Part shown: piece by piece, positions 7,148 through 15,736 of the stretch | How positions within the stretch are numbered: position 1 is the stretch's first letter | Layout: the number at the start of each line of letters is the position of its first letter | DNA from: a virus | Taxonomy: Duplodnaviria > Caudoviricetes | Virus record (IMG/VR): IMGVR_UViG_3300017700_000514 | Location: 1-40,298 of that record | Reading direction: 5' to 3' (one strand) | Length of the DNA stretch: 40,298 bases | The notes under the pieces: model-generated | What the model saw: only the letters and a program-made list of their open reading frames with translations | What the model was told of the DNA's origin: nothing | Databases searched by the model: none | Program-made: the position numbers and the translations under genes

Positions 7148-7552
7148 ATGGGAAACCAGCTGAATTTAAGGGTAAAACGACCGCAGCGCGCCATTCCGCA
7201 AGGGGAGTGGAGTTGGCCCACCGAGGCTGCGGCTATTGCATCGATGATCTCGCTGAGCGGGCTGAAGGAAAAGGCTGTCGCCATCGAAGCAGAGATCGAC
7301 GCCAGTACCCTGGCGAAGGTCAAGCAGGGCACCGCGCGCCCCTCCGAAGATCACCTTGACCGGATGATGGATGCCACGGGCAGCGAGGCGTGGCTGTACT
7401 ACTGGCTGGTCAAGCGCGGCTACGACCCGAACAGCCTGCGCCGCTTCGAGAACGACGTGGAGCGCGAGAACCGCGAGTTGAAGGAACGCTTGGCCCAGGC
7501 CGAGCACGACAACCTGGTGCTGGTGCGGGCGTTCCGCGGGCAAGTGGCATGA
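7148..7552 (+). CDS. CII-like HTH transcriptional regulator
   Basis: SGLKEKAVAIEAEIDASTLAKVKQG HTH plus C-terminal coiled coil; follows cro/tR1. Confidence 0.7.
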   Translation: MGNQLNLRVKRPQRAIPQGEWSWPTEAAAIASMISLSGLKEKAVAIEAEIDASTLAKVKQGTARPSEDHLDRMMDATGSEAWLYYWLVKRGYDPNSLRRFENDVERENRELKERLAQAEHDNLVLVRAFRGQVA

Positions 7553-7725
7553 AAGGCCGCCCCCAACTAAAGCCAGGCCAGGCCCAAAAGGCGCGCGAGG
7601 CCATGCAGGCGCTGTACGGCCCGGCACATACGTATGAATCCCTGGCGAAATACGACCAGGAGCGCATCGCCGAAATGGCCCGGGCCGAAGAACGTAGGCG
7701 GGCAAAGCAGGGCAAGCCTGCGTGA
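7549..7725 (+). CDS. Hypothetical 58-aa protein
   Basis: MKGRPQLKPG...QGKPA; 4-bp start/stop overlaps on both sides. Confidence 0.65.
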   Translation: MKGRPQLKPGQAQKAREAMQALYGPAHTYESLAKYDQERIAEMARAEERRRAKQGKPA

Positions 7726-8192
7726 GCGGCATCGACGTCCTGCTGTCGCGGCTGGAGCATATCCAGAAGAGCGGGAAGGGCTGGCGAACCGCGTGTCCCT
7801 CCTGCGGCGGGCGCTCGCGCAAGCTTTCGGTCAGTGAATCCGACGACGGACGCGTGCTGCTGCACTGCTTCGGCGGCTGTGACGCCGCCACGGTTGTTGG
7901 CGCCGCCGGCCTGACCTTGGGCGATCTGTTCCCCGAACGGCTCGCCGCTGATACGCCCGAGGATCGCAAGCGCCGGCAACGACTGGCACGGGAGGCGCAA
8001 TGGGGCTCAGCCCTAGAAGCCCTGGCCTTGGAGGCCGCGGTGGTACTGATGGCTGCCAAGCAGCTACAGAAGGGGCTACAGCTCAGCGACGAAGACGCCT
8101 TGCGCTTCCTGCAGGCCACCAAACGCATCGATGACTGCCGGTCCGTCCTGCGCGATGCGCCGCGGTTCAAACCGCAGGAGCGGGCCGCGTGA
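7722..8192 (+). CDS. Primase-type zinc-finger (CHC2-like) replication protein
   Basis: WRTACPSCGG...LSVSESDDGRVLLHCFGGC...GLTLGDLF, typical primase zinc-binding domain; no TOPRIM domain visible. Confidence 0.8.
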   Translation: MSGIDVLLSRLEHIQKSGKGWRTACPSCGGRSRKLSVSESDDGRVLLHCFGGCDAATVVGAAGLTLGDLFPERLAADTPEDRKRRQRLAREAQWGSALEALALEAAVVLMAAKQLQKGLQLSDEDALRFLQATKRIDDCRSVLRDAPRFKPQERAA

Positions 8193-9421
8193 CGCCACCT
8201 TCGCTCGAAGAGCTGGCCCTGCGCGAGCTGGAGGCCAACGCCGATCCGCGCGACGTGGAACTGGCGGAGTCGTATCTGCCTAAGAACGAGCGCGAGTTCA
8301 CGCCGCTGCGGGCAGGTGACGGGCCCGGCGCTGCGCCGGTCAAGCAAGGCTCAGCGAGCGGCGCCGTGCTGTTCCGCTTCATTCCGGCCTGCGAGTACCT
8401 AACGCCACCAGATCCGCCGAACTGGGCCATCGACGGCATCGCCGAGGTCGATTCACTGTGCCAGCTCTTCGGTGATCCTGAGGCTGGCAAGTCGTTTATG
8501 GCCATCGACTGGGCCTGCTGCGTAGCCACCGGCAAGGCGTGGAAGGGCAGGGAAGTCCAGCAAGGGCCTGTGCTTTACATCAATGGCGAGGGACGCAACG
8601 GGTTCAACCGCCGGCTCAATGCCTGGCAGATTGCCAACCAGATGAAGCTGGGCGAGGCGCCGCTGCACATCTCCAGCACCAGCACCGCGCTGACCGATGC
8701 AATCTCCAAAGCAGAGCTGGAAGCGGTCGTGGCCGAGTTCATCCGGGAGCACGGGCATCCACTAATGATCGTCATCGACACCTTGGCCCGCAATTTCGGC
8801 CCTGGTGACGAAAACGAAACCCAGCATATGTCCGCCGCAGTCAACACCTTGGACGCGCTGCGCGAGATGACGCGGGCCTGGACGCTGGTGGTGCACCACT
8901 CCGGCCACGGCGACAAGGGCAGGGCCCGCGGCTCCATCGTGATGCGCGGCTCGGTCGACACGGAATACCGCATGGGCCGCATTACCCCGGACGGCGACAC
9001 GATGCTGACCTCCAGCAAAATCAAGGACGGATCGCAGATCGCTCCGATGTCCTTCCGCTTCGCCGACGTCGAACTGGGCATCCAGGACCGGCACGGCAAT
9101 GAGGTCAAGTCGGCGGTGCTCCTGCAGACCGCGGCGACAGCCCTCGAACCGGGCGCACCTCCCGAGCGCAAAGGCAAAGGCAAGAACCAGAGTGCCGCCC
9201 TGGGCCTGCTGGTGACCATGTACGGCCGCCGCCGGCTGAATCTCGCCAATGACTGCCGCGACCCCGACAGCGCTGCCGTCTCGATGACTGAATGGCGCGA
9301 CGCCTGCCGCGAAGCAGGGCTGGAGCACAAGCGCATCAGTGAAGCCCTTAACTCTCTCATCGATGGCGGAAAGGTGGTCCAGAAGGGCGCCTATGTCTTC
9401 CTCACCAGCATCCCGGAGTAG
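8189..9421 (+). CDS. RecA-fold replicative helicase (AAA_25/RepA-like)
   Basis: Walker A GDPEAGKS, VLYINGEG, Walker B MIVIDTLAR, DEN, LVVHHSG, RGS; C-terminal wHTH-like region. Confidence 0.88.
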   Translation: MTPPSLEELALRELEANADPRDVELAESYLPKNEREFTPLRAGDGPGAAPVKQGSASGAVLFRFIPACEYLTPPDPPNWAIDGIAEVDSLCQLFGDPEAGKSFMAIDWACCVATGKAWKGREVQQGPVLYINGEGRNGFNRRLNAWQIANQMKLGEAPLHISSTSTALTDAISKAELEAVVAEFIREHGHPLMIVIDTLARNFGPGDENETQHMSAAVNTLDALREMTRAWTLVVHHSGHGDKGRARGSIVMRGSVDTEYRMGRITPDGDTMLTSSKIKDGSQIAPMSFRFADVELGIQDRHGNEVKSAVLLQTAATALEPGAPPERKGKGKNQSAALGLLVTMYGRRRLNLANDCRDPDSAAVSMTEWRDACREAGLEHKRISEALNSLIDGGKVVQKGAYVFLTSIPE

Positions 9422-9433
9422 CCCATGAGCTTG

Positions 9434-9586
9434 GTCCGAAATGGCGGTCCGAAACAGGTCCGAAACAGTCCGAAATGGGGTTCCGGCCAGTGGTCCGAAA
9501 TAGAAGTCCGAAATGGGGGGCCTATAAGGCCCCCATTCGGACTAATTCGGACTGGCTCCGAAATCGGTCCGGATTCTGAGTCGGAC
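9434..9586. repeat. Iteron array / putative replication origin
   Basis: GTCCGAAA at 9434, 9447, 9458, 9468, 9493, 9506; inverted TTCGGAC at 9536 and 9546; palindrome 9506-9542; immediately after the helicase stop. Confidence 0.8.
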
Positions 9587-9633
9587 AACGGCAAGGATTC
9601 ACGTGGAGCAAGGGCGTTTCAGGAGAGGCGGTC

Positions 9634-9717
9634 GTGAGCCGCGGTTGGATGAATCTCCTCCGTGCCGCTGCCTTCATCGGCGGATTCCTGCTGGGCATGT
9701 GGATGTGGCCGCTATGA
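9634..9717 (+). CDS. 27-aa membrane peptide
   Basis: AGGAGAGG RBS, GTG: MSRGWMNLLRAAAFIGGFLLGMWMWPL; stop overlaps the next ATG. Confidence 0.55.
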   Translation: MSRGWMNLLRAAAFIGGFLLGMWMWPL

Positions 9718-9878
9718 CCACCCCCGACACATCGCGCACATGCGCGACCCCTCCCAACCCTCACTACCAACCCAGTCCTGCCCGCGTGCTACGCAACGGC
9801 TGGGTCGAGATCGACGGCGGACGACTCGCCGATGCAACACGGACTTCCAATCCTCCCCCGAAACCCCGGAGTTCCTGA
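9714..9878 (+). CDS. Hypothetical 54-aa protein
   Basis: Start/stop overlaps with both neighbours. Confidence 0.5.
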   Translation: MTTPDTSRTCATPPNPHYQPSPARVLRNGWVEIDGGRLADATRTSNPPPKPRSS

Positions 9879-10084
9879 TGAGCTACGACCACATCCAACC
9901 CAGAACCCCCATCGACCCGGTGACCCGCATCACCGGCGTGATCTACAAGGGCAATACGGATCTTCCTCCGAGCGTGCGCGGGCATCTGTCGGACAAGCGC
10001 GACTGCGGGCTGTGTGGCGGTCGTGGCGTGTCTATCGGCGTCGTGTGCATTGGCTGCAAGGGCGTCGGGCAGGTGCCGCGATGA
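9878..10084 (+). CDS. Small zinc-finger protein (DnaJ-type CxxCxGxG repeats)
   Basis: CGLCGGRG...CIGCKGVG; GGAG RBS. Confidence 0.65.
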   Translation: MSYDHIQPRTPIDPVTRITGVIYKGNTDLPPSVRGHLSDKRDCGLCGGRGVSIGVVCIGCKGVGQVPR

Positions 10085-10302
10085 GGCCCGGGGTCAAGGC
10101 TGCCAATCACCGAGGGCAGGTGCTGGCGGCTCTGGAGACCGGAGCGGCTACGGCGCGCCAGCTTTCCGAGCGCACCGGTGTGGAACTGCACCACACGCGC
10201 CACATCCTGGGCGACCTGCTGGAAGTCGGCGTCGTACGGCGCACTGCCTGCGCGCCCAGCATGGGGCGTGGGCGCAGCTTTCGGTACGAGATAGCCGCAT
10301 GA
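10081..10302 (+). CDS. Winged-helix DNA-binding protein
   Basis: VLAALETGAATARQLSERTGV...HILGDLLEVGVVRR. Confidence 0.7.
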   Translation: MRPGVKAANHRGQVLAALETGAATARQLSERTGVELHHTRHILGDLLEVGVVRRTACAPSMGRGRSFRYEIAA

Positions 10303-10631
10303 TCACCGTCCTCCTCCCCCTGAAAACCGTCGCCGGCCTCAACGCCCGCGAGCACTGGCGCAAGCGCGCCAAGCGGGTCAAGGCCGAGCGTCTGACTGCG
10401 CGCCTGGCGCTGACCCCGCATCCCAAGCCGGAGCTGCCCTGCATCGTGCGCATGGTCCGCCTGTCACCCGGCACGCTCGACTCGGACAACCTGCAGGGCG
10501 CCGCCAAGGCCATCCGCGATGGCGTCGCCGACTGGCTTGGCATCCCCGACAACGACCCGCGCATCGATTGGCAGTACGGGCAGGAGCGGTGCAAGCGTGG
10601 GGAGTTTGGGGTGCGGGTGGAGGTGTCATGA
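10299..10631 (+). CDS. RusA-like Holliday junction resolvase
   Basis: LDSDNLQGAAKAIRDGVAD...DND acidic/lysine catalytic pattern; LN...HW N-terminus; nin-region position. Confidence 0.75.
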   Translation: MITVLLPLKTVAGLNAREHWRKRAKRVKAERLTARLALTPHPKPELPCIVRMVRLSPGTLDSDNLQGAAKAIRDGVADWLGIPDNDPRIDWQYGQERCKRGEFGVRVEVS

Positions 10632-10873
10632 ACGCGCAGTGGCTGGTACAAAACCTACCCAACGATATCGACATCATCGGCGACATTGCCAGCCGCTTGT
10701 CGCGCCGCGTGGCTGAGCGGAACGAGGCCATAGCGCGCTGGGGCCTGCGGGTCTACATGAACACCGACTGGGACGCTAGACCCCTGTGGTTCCGCTGCGT
10801 CGAAGGTCCTCACCGTCCGGGCTTCATCACCGCTCCGCACTGCAAGCTCGTTCTGCGCTGGAGATGGACATGA
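10628..10873 (+). CDS. Hypothetical protein
   Basis: 81 aa from MNAQWL; GGAGG RBS; coupled. Confidence 0.65.
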   Translation: MNAQWLVQNLPNDIDIIGDIASRLSRRVAERNEAIARWGLRVYMNTDWDARPLWFRCVEGPHRPGFITAPHCKLVLRWRWT

Positions 10874-11013
10874 CCCCCACCGAAGCCCGCACCCAGCTCC
10901 AGAAGGCGCTCGATGCGGCACTGCCGCAGTGCTTTGTGCCGGTGAGTGCGCAGGCGTTGGCGGTGCTGCTGGAAGAAACTGAACCCCCGGAGGAACCCGA
11001 TGCCCACGATTGA
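10870..11013 (+). CDS. Hypothetical 47-aa protein
   Basis: MTPTEARTQLQ...; GGAG RBS; ATGA overlap. Confidence 0.55.
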   Translation: MTPTEARTQLQKALDAALPQCFVPVSAQALAVLLEETEPPEEPDAHD

Positions 11014-11428
11014 CACCTTCGGCCCGTACGTCATTCGCCGCATGGACCACTGGGGCGACGAGTTCGCCCTGCATCGGGACTGCGAATACCTGGGGCACCA
11101 GTCCAAGAACCTGCTGCAGGTGCTGATCGAGCACCGCGGCATGCCGCCGCGGGCCACCGGCTACAAACCGCTGGAGACCGATGTCGATGCCCAGCAGATC
11201 GAGGACATCGTCGCCGAGATCAGCCGGCACAACCCCTGCATGGGCTGGGTGCTGCGGGGCTACTACTGCGGCCGAGGACGCCGCAAGAACGAGCGATGGG
11301 AGACCGCCAACTTGCTGCTGGCCAGCGCCAACCTGCCGATGCTGAGTGTCGATCAGTACATGGACATGGCCCGCCGCGGGGAGGAGCGCGTGTACGGGCT
11401 GCTGCTGGGGATCGCAAGGGCCGCGTGA
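11000..11428 (+). CDS. Putative late antiterminator (Q-like)
   Basis: 142 aa; GGAGG RBS; last early gene, directly upstream of a promoter-terminator pair and the lysis genes. Call rests mainly on position. Confidence 0.65.
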   Translation: MPTIDTFGPYVIRRMDHWGDEFALHRDCEYLGHQSKNLLQVLIEHRGMPPRATGYKPLETDVDAQQIEDIVAEISRHNPCMGWVLRGYYCGRGRRKNERWETANLLLASANLPMLSVDQYMDMARRGEERVYGLLLGIARAA

Positions 11429-11457
11429 AGGACTGGGAGGCACCACTTCACAACCCC

Positions 11458-11486
11458 TTGACAGGTGCCACCGGAAAGCATATTTT
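11458..11486 (+). promoter_or_regulatory. Late promoter pR'
   Basis: TTGACA (11458-11463), 17 bp, TATTTT (11481-11486). Confidence 0.8.
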
Positions 11487-11517
11487 CCCGGCACGCTGGC
11501 AGAACTGCCTGCGAACG

Positions 11518-11549
11518 AGCCCTGGCCACAAGCCGGGGCTTTTCCGTTT
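11518..11549 (+). terminator. tR'-like terminator before the lysis cassette
   Basis: AGCCCTGGC-CACAA-GCCGGGGCT followed by TTTCCGTTT. Confidence 0.7.
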
Positions 11550-11561
11550 CAGGGGATCCCC

Positions 11562-12188
11562 ATGCTGCCCACCGCCAACCAAATCGAGGCGGCGGTCGGG
11601 TGTGCCCGTGCGATAGCTCAGGCCATCGCCGAGCCGATGCGGGAGACCTGCAAGCTCTACGAGATCAACACTGGGGCACGCATAGCGGCGTTCTTCGCCC
11701 AGGCTGGCCACGAGTCGGCGAGCTTCACCCGGACCCGCGAGAACCTGAACTACTCCGCGGAAGGGCTGCAACGCACCTGGCCGGCCCGCTTTACCAAGGC
11801 GCTGGCTGAGCAGGTCGCGCACAAGCCCGAGCACATCGCCAACATCGTCTACGGCAACCGTCTGGGCAACAAGGCCGAGGGCGACGGCTGGAAGTACATC
11901 GGTCGGGGCTGGATCCAAATCACTGGCCTGGCCAACTACGACGGCATCACCGATGCGATCCACAAGCGCATGCCGACGGTGCCGGACTTCACGATCAGCC
12001 CGGAACTATTGGAAACCGCTCGCTGGGCCGCGATCAGCGCCGGTGCGTACTGGGACGAGCACGACTTGAACGAACTTGCCGACAGGGGCCAATTCGACCG
12101 CATCACCAGCCGGATCAATGGCGGGCAGATCGGCGCCCCTGATCGCAAGGCCCGGTACTCCCGCGCCATGCGAGTCCTGGCCTCGTGA
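11562..12188 (+). CDS. Endolysin, glycoside hydrolase family 19
   Basis: AAFFAQAGHES, ENLNYS, GDGWKYIGRGWIQITG..NY, ITSRINGG. Confidence 0.92.
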   Translation: MLPTANQIEAAVGCARAIAQAIAEPMRETCKLYEINTGARIAAFFAQAGHESASFTRTRENLNYSAEGLQRTWPARFTKALAEQVAHKPEHIANIVYGNRLGNKAEGDGWKYIGRGWIQITGLANYDGITDAIHKRMPTVPDFTISPELLETARWAAISAGAYWDEHDLNELADRGQFDRITSRINGGQIGAPDRKARYSRAMRVLAS

Positions 12189-12490
12189 CGGTGGAAATAG
12201 AGCCGCACGACGGCCGCATGCGCTTCACCCTCGGACCCATCGAGAAGGTGATCGTGGGCGCCATCGGGACGGCGCTCTCGCTGTTCTTGTGGCGCAGCTA
12301 CGACTCGATCACATCGAAGCTGGATGCGGTCGTGGTGCAGCAGGCGGTAACCAATCAACGGTTGGGCGACTTGACCACCCAAATGACAGACCTCCCGTCG
12401 ATCAAGCTGGAGGTCGCCAAGCATGCGGTGCTCATCGAGCAGAACTCGCAGCAGATCCAGGAGCTGCGCCAGACCAAGGGGCTGAAGTGA
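12185..12490 (+). CDS. Putative holin/antiholin (1 TM + coiled coil)
   Basis: VIVGAIGTALSLFLW TM segment; within the lysis cassette. Confidence 0.6.
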   Translation: MTVEIEPHDGRMRFTLGPIEKVIVGAIGTALSLFLWRSYDSITSKLDAVVVQQAVTNQRLGDLTTQMTDLPSIKLEVAKHAVLIEQNSQQIQELRQTKGLK

Positions 12491-12744
12491 TGACCGTCAA
12501 GCGTTTCGATTTCTCGGGCGTGATGGCTCGCCTGTCCACGGTGCTGAGCATGATCTCCAGCGGTTGCACCGCGGCGGCCCTGTACTTCATCGCTGCTCCG
12601 CCCGAGTGGCGCGGCGGCTTCCCGGCGGTGTACGGCTTCGTGCTGATGGGCCTTGGCTTGGCTGCCAACCTGCTGACCCCATTCGCCACCAGCTTCAAGC
12701 AGAAGCGCTTCATGCCCGACGACACGGACAAGGCTGGCGCGTGA
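12490..12744 (+). CDS. Putative holin (2 TM)
   Basis: 84 aa from MTVKRF; two hydrophobic helices and a charged C-terminus. Confidence 0.65.
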   Translation: MTVKRFDFSGVMARLSTVLSMISSGCTAAALYFIAAPPEWRGGFPAVYGFVLMGLGLAANLLTPFATSFKQKRFMPDDTDKAGA

Positions 12745-13133
12745 TCCTCGGTGTGCTCCAGCCCTACGCGCAGGGCCTGCGCATCTGTGGTCTTGCGCTG
12801 TGCGCGCTGCTGCTGGTAGCCGGCGGCTTCAAGTGCGCCAGCAGTCGCAGCGAGGCCAAGCTGGAGCGCACGCGCACCGACCTGGTCATCTGCGCAGCCG
12901 ACAAGAACACCCTGGCTGATGCACTGAATGACGTCAACGCGCGGGCTGAGCAGGCCAAGCGCGACGCCGCAGCCCAAGCCGAATACGCGGTCATCGCCAT
13001 CAAGCAAGCCGACAAGGATCGCGCTGCGTACGACAAGCGCGTAACCGCACTGGGCAAGGAACTGGCCGACGCGATGAAAGTTCCGTCTTGCCGCATCGAG
13101 ATGGAGAAGCCGCTATGCGCGCCGTTGTACTGA
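12741..13133 (+). CDS. Rz-like inner-membrane spanin
   Basis: N-terminal TM, Ala-rich coiled coil, C-terminal Cys residues; overlaps the lipoprotein gene. Confidence 0.75.
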   Translation: MILGVLQPYAQGLRICGLALCALLLVAGGFKCASSRSEAKLERTRTDLVICAADKNTLADALNDVNARAEQAKRDAAAQAEYAVIAIKQADKDRAAYDKRVTALGKELADAMKVPSCRIEMEKPLCAPLY

Positions 13134-13366
13134 TCCTGCTGGCCGCGCTCGCCGGCTGCAAGTCGGCCCCGATCCTGCCGCCCAAGGTGGTGGAGGTCGT
13201 CGTGGAGAAGTTGGTCCCGGTGCCCAAGTCGCTCACCGAGCCGTGCCAGCAGCCGGCCAAGCAGGACTCGACGGTGAAAGAAGCCGTCCGTCTCGCCAAC
13301 GCACGCAAGGCTGCGCTTGATGAATGCAGCGGACGCATGCAGAAAATCAGGAGCCTGACCCCATGA
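13115..13366 (+). CDS. Rz1-like outer-membrane lipoprotein spanin
   Basis: MRAVVLILLAALAGC lipobox; Pro-rich VPVPKSLTEPC. Confidence 0.85.
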   Translation: MRAVVLILLAALAGCKSAPILPPKVVEVVVEKLVPVPKSLTEPCQQPAKQDSTVKEAVRLANARKAALDECSGRMQKIRSLTP

Positions 13367-13518
13367 CCGCCAAGAAATCCACCGAGAAGAAACCCGCGCC
13401 TAAGCCCCAGGACGACGACGCACCCGTCCTGTCCAAGGCCGACCTGGAAGTGATGGCCTCGCCTGAGTGGCAGGCTTTGCGTGCCGGCGCCGAAGTGGTG
13501 AGCGAGGACGAAGCATGA
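13363..13518 (+). CDS. Hypothetical 51-aa protein
   Basis: MTAKKSTEKK...; AGGAG RBS; coupled. Confidence 0.6.
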   Translation: MTAKKSTEKKPAPKPQDDDAPVLSKADLEVMASPEWQALRAGAEVVSEDEA

Positions 13519-13652
13519 TCACCATCCTCGTACTGTTGGCGCTGTTGTTCGCCATCCTCGCCCTGTGCAATGCGCCGGGCATCAACTGGTGCGCCTTGGG
13601 CGTGCTGTGTCTGGCGATTGCGGGGCTGGCAGGGTCGGGCTTGCTGCGCTGA
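13515..13652 (+). CDS. 45-aa two-TM membrane peptide
   Basis: MITILVLLALLFAILAL...GVLCLAIAGLAG; GAGG RBS; coupled. Confidence 0.6.
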   Translation: MITILVLLALLFAILALCNAPGINWCALGVLCLAIAGLAGSGLLR

Positions 13653-14032
13653 TGCCCGACTCCAAGTTCACCCCTGAGAACATCCGCATCATCTGCGAGC
13701 GTTTGTGGGAGGGCGAGGCGGTAAAGGCCATCGCCCAAGACATTGGCGTTCATCGTTCCACGATTTACGACTGGGCCGATGCGCACCCCGAGTTCGGAAA
13801 GAAGTTCGAACGCGCCATGAAAGGCGGCGCTCGCACGATGGTGGACGAGATCATTCCCATCATCGACAACACCGAAGAAGACGCTCAGAGCCGTAAGGTC
13901 CGTGCATGGGGCCGGCTGGAGATCGCCAAGCGCAAGGCGCCTGAATTGTTCGGCGACAAGGTCGATATGAACCATTCGGGCAGCGCCAACTTTTCACTGA
14001 CTGTCAATCGCAAGCACGCCAAGCCTGCCTGA
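13652..14032 (+). CDS. terS: Terminase small subunit
   Basis: ICERLWEGEAVKAIAQDIGVHRSTIYDW...HPEF HTH and PELFGDKV, Sf6-like; precedes TerL. Confidence 0.88.
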   Translation: MPDSKFTPENIRIICERLWEGEAVKAIAQDIGVHRSTIYDWADAHPEFGKKFERAMKGGARTMVDEIIPIIDNTEEDAQSRKVRAWGRLEIAKRKAPELFGDKVDMNHSGSANFSLTVNRKHAKPA

Positions 14033-15513
14033 TGGACATCAGCATCGACTACACCACGCCGGGCCCCGTCGGAGAGGCTTACCTGGACGACGATTCTTTC
14101 GTCTGCGGTATCCGTGGGCCCATCGGCTCTGGTAAGTCGGTGGCCTCAGTCATCAAGCTGTTGGGCATCGCCGAGATGCAACGTGTCAGCCCGGTGGATG
14201 GCAAGCGCCACTGCCGTATCGCGATCATCCGCAACACGTACCCGGAGCTGAAGACCACCACGATCAAGACCTGGCATGCCTGGATGCCGGCCGACATCGG
14301 ACATTGGCGCGACGAAGGTCCGCCGACGCACACCATCACTGTCGGCGACTTCGACATCGAGGTGATGTTCGTGGCCCTCGACCGTCCGGCCGACGTGCGC
14401 AAGCTTCTGTCGCTGGAGCTCACCGCGGCCTGGATCAACGAGGCCAAGGAAATCCCCAAGGCGATCTTGGACGGCCTGACCGGCCGCGTGGGTCGCTATC
14501 CGGACGCCAAGCACGGCGGCTGCGTGTCGCCTCAGATTCTGATGGACACCAACAGCCCGGACACGGACCACTGGTGGTACACGCTGGCCGAACACGACGA
14601 CAGCACGCCGGACAAAGCCGAGCTGCTGAAGTCCATCACTGATGCCGAGCAGTCGCTGCGTGAGGCCGGCATCATCACGCCGGAGCAGAAGCTTTTCAGC
14701 TTCCACCACCAGCCCGACGGGTTGAGTGCGGAGGCTGAGAACGATGAAGGTCTGGCGCAGATGCCGGGCGGGCGGATCGGGTACTACACCCGCGCCAGCG
14801 CCGGCAAGACGCAAGACTGGATCAACGTCTATGTGCATGGCAACTACGGCTATGTGCTCGACGGCAAGCCGGTGTACCCGGAGTTCAACGATCAGATCCA
14901 CGTCGCCTCGGTCACCTACAACCCGCGCCTGCCCGTGTACGTGGGTGTGGATTTCGGTCTGACGCCCGCAGCCACGCTGGCGCATCGCGACATCCTGGGC
15001 CGACTGATGGTGTTCGACGAACTGGCGACCGGCGACATGGGCGCGGTCCGGTTCGGCGCGCTGCTGTCGGCCAAGCTCAACGACTACGGCATTCGCGAAG
15101 CCATCGTTACCGGTGACCCGGCCGGCGATCAGCGCGCACAGACCGACGAGACCACCCCGTTCCAGATCCTCCAAGCCGCCGGCATCGACATCAAGCCGGC
15201 GCATACCAACGACTTCATCCTGCGGCGCGAGGCGGTCGTCCGCGGCATGTCGCGTTTGGTCGACGGGCGCGCGGCCCTGGTCATCGATCCGCGCTGCAAG
15301 ACGCTGCGCAAGGCGATGGCCGGCGCCTATCACTACAAGCGCGTGCAGGTCATCGGCTCGGATCGATATCAGGACAAGCCCGACAAGGGCATGTATTCGC
15401 ACGTCGCCGAGTCGCTGCAGTACCTGGCGCTGGGGGCGGGCGAGGGCAAGGAAGTCGTGCGCAAGCCCTTCATCAACCGCAAGCCCCGCGCCGCCTACGC
15501 GATCACTGACTGA
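14032..15513 (+). CDS. terL: Terminase large subunit
   Basis: Walker A GPIGSGKS, Walker B AWINE, MDTN coupling motif, nuclease VGVDFG...GDPAG...HVAESLQY. Confidence 0.93.
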   Translation: MDISIDYTTPGPVGEAYLDDDSFVCGIRGPIGSGKSVASVIKLLGIAEMQRVSPVDGKRHCRIAIIRNTYPELKTTTIKTWHAWMPADIGHWRDEGPPTHTITVGDFDIEVMFVALDRPADVRKLLSLELTAAWINEAKEIPKAILDGLTGRVGRYPDAKHGGCVSPQILMDTNSPDTDHWWYTLAEHDDSTPDKAELLKSITDAEQSLREAGIITPEQKLFSFHHQPDGLSAEAENDEGLAQMPGGRIGYYTRASAGKTQDWINVYVHGNYGYVLDGKPVYPEFNDQIHVASVTYNPRLPVYVGVDFGLTPAATLAHRDILGRLMVFDELATGDMGAVRFGALLSAKLNDYGIREAIVTGDPAGDQRAQTDETTPFQILQAAGIDIKPAHTNDFILRREAVVRGMSRLVDGRAALVIDPRCKTLRKAMAGAYHYKRVQVIGSDRYQDKPDKGMYSHVAESLQYLALGAGEGKEVVRKPFINRKPRAAYAITD

Positions 15514-15520
15514 GGTTTCC

Positions 15521-15733
15521 ATGCTCGCCTCCATGTTCAAACAACCGAAGCCGCCGAAGCCGCAGACGCTGCCCGAGAGCACGCCTACGCCGACCGTTGA
15601 CCAGGCTGCACAGAACGCCGAAGACCAGTTGCGCATGAACCGCCGCCGTGGCCGTGGCAAGTACATGCTGACCCCGAAGGCAGGCGCCTCCGTCGCGCCG
15701 ACCGTTGGCACCAAGACGCTGACGGGCCAGTAA
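15521..15733 (+). CDS. Small virion-associated protein preceding portal
   Basis: 70 aa; Pro-rich N-terminus, RRRGR, C-terminal KTLTGQ; GAGG RBS. Confidence 0.7.
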   Translation: MLASMFKQPKPPKPQTLPESTPTPTVDQAAQNAEDQLRMNRRRGRGKYMLTPKAGASVAPTVGTKTLTGQ

Positions 15734-15736
15734 CCC

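Noticed and set aside
7166-8347. 393-aa minus-strand ORF over cII and replication genes
   Set aside because: Antisense to supported genes; low-complexity Arg/Ser/Pro composition.
9434-9586. Possible CRISPR array
   Set aside because: Repeats are only 8 bp with very short irregular spacers and inverted copies; no cas genes; better explained as iterons.
9425-9637. 70-aa ORF across the iterons
   Set aside because: The repetitive peptide just mirrors the DNA repeats; coupling to neighbours means translation cannot be excluded, but a protein function is unsupported.
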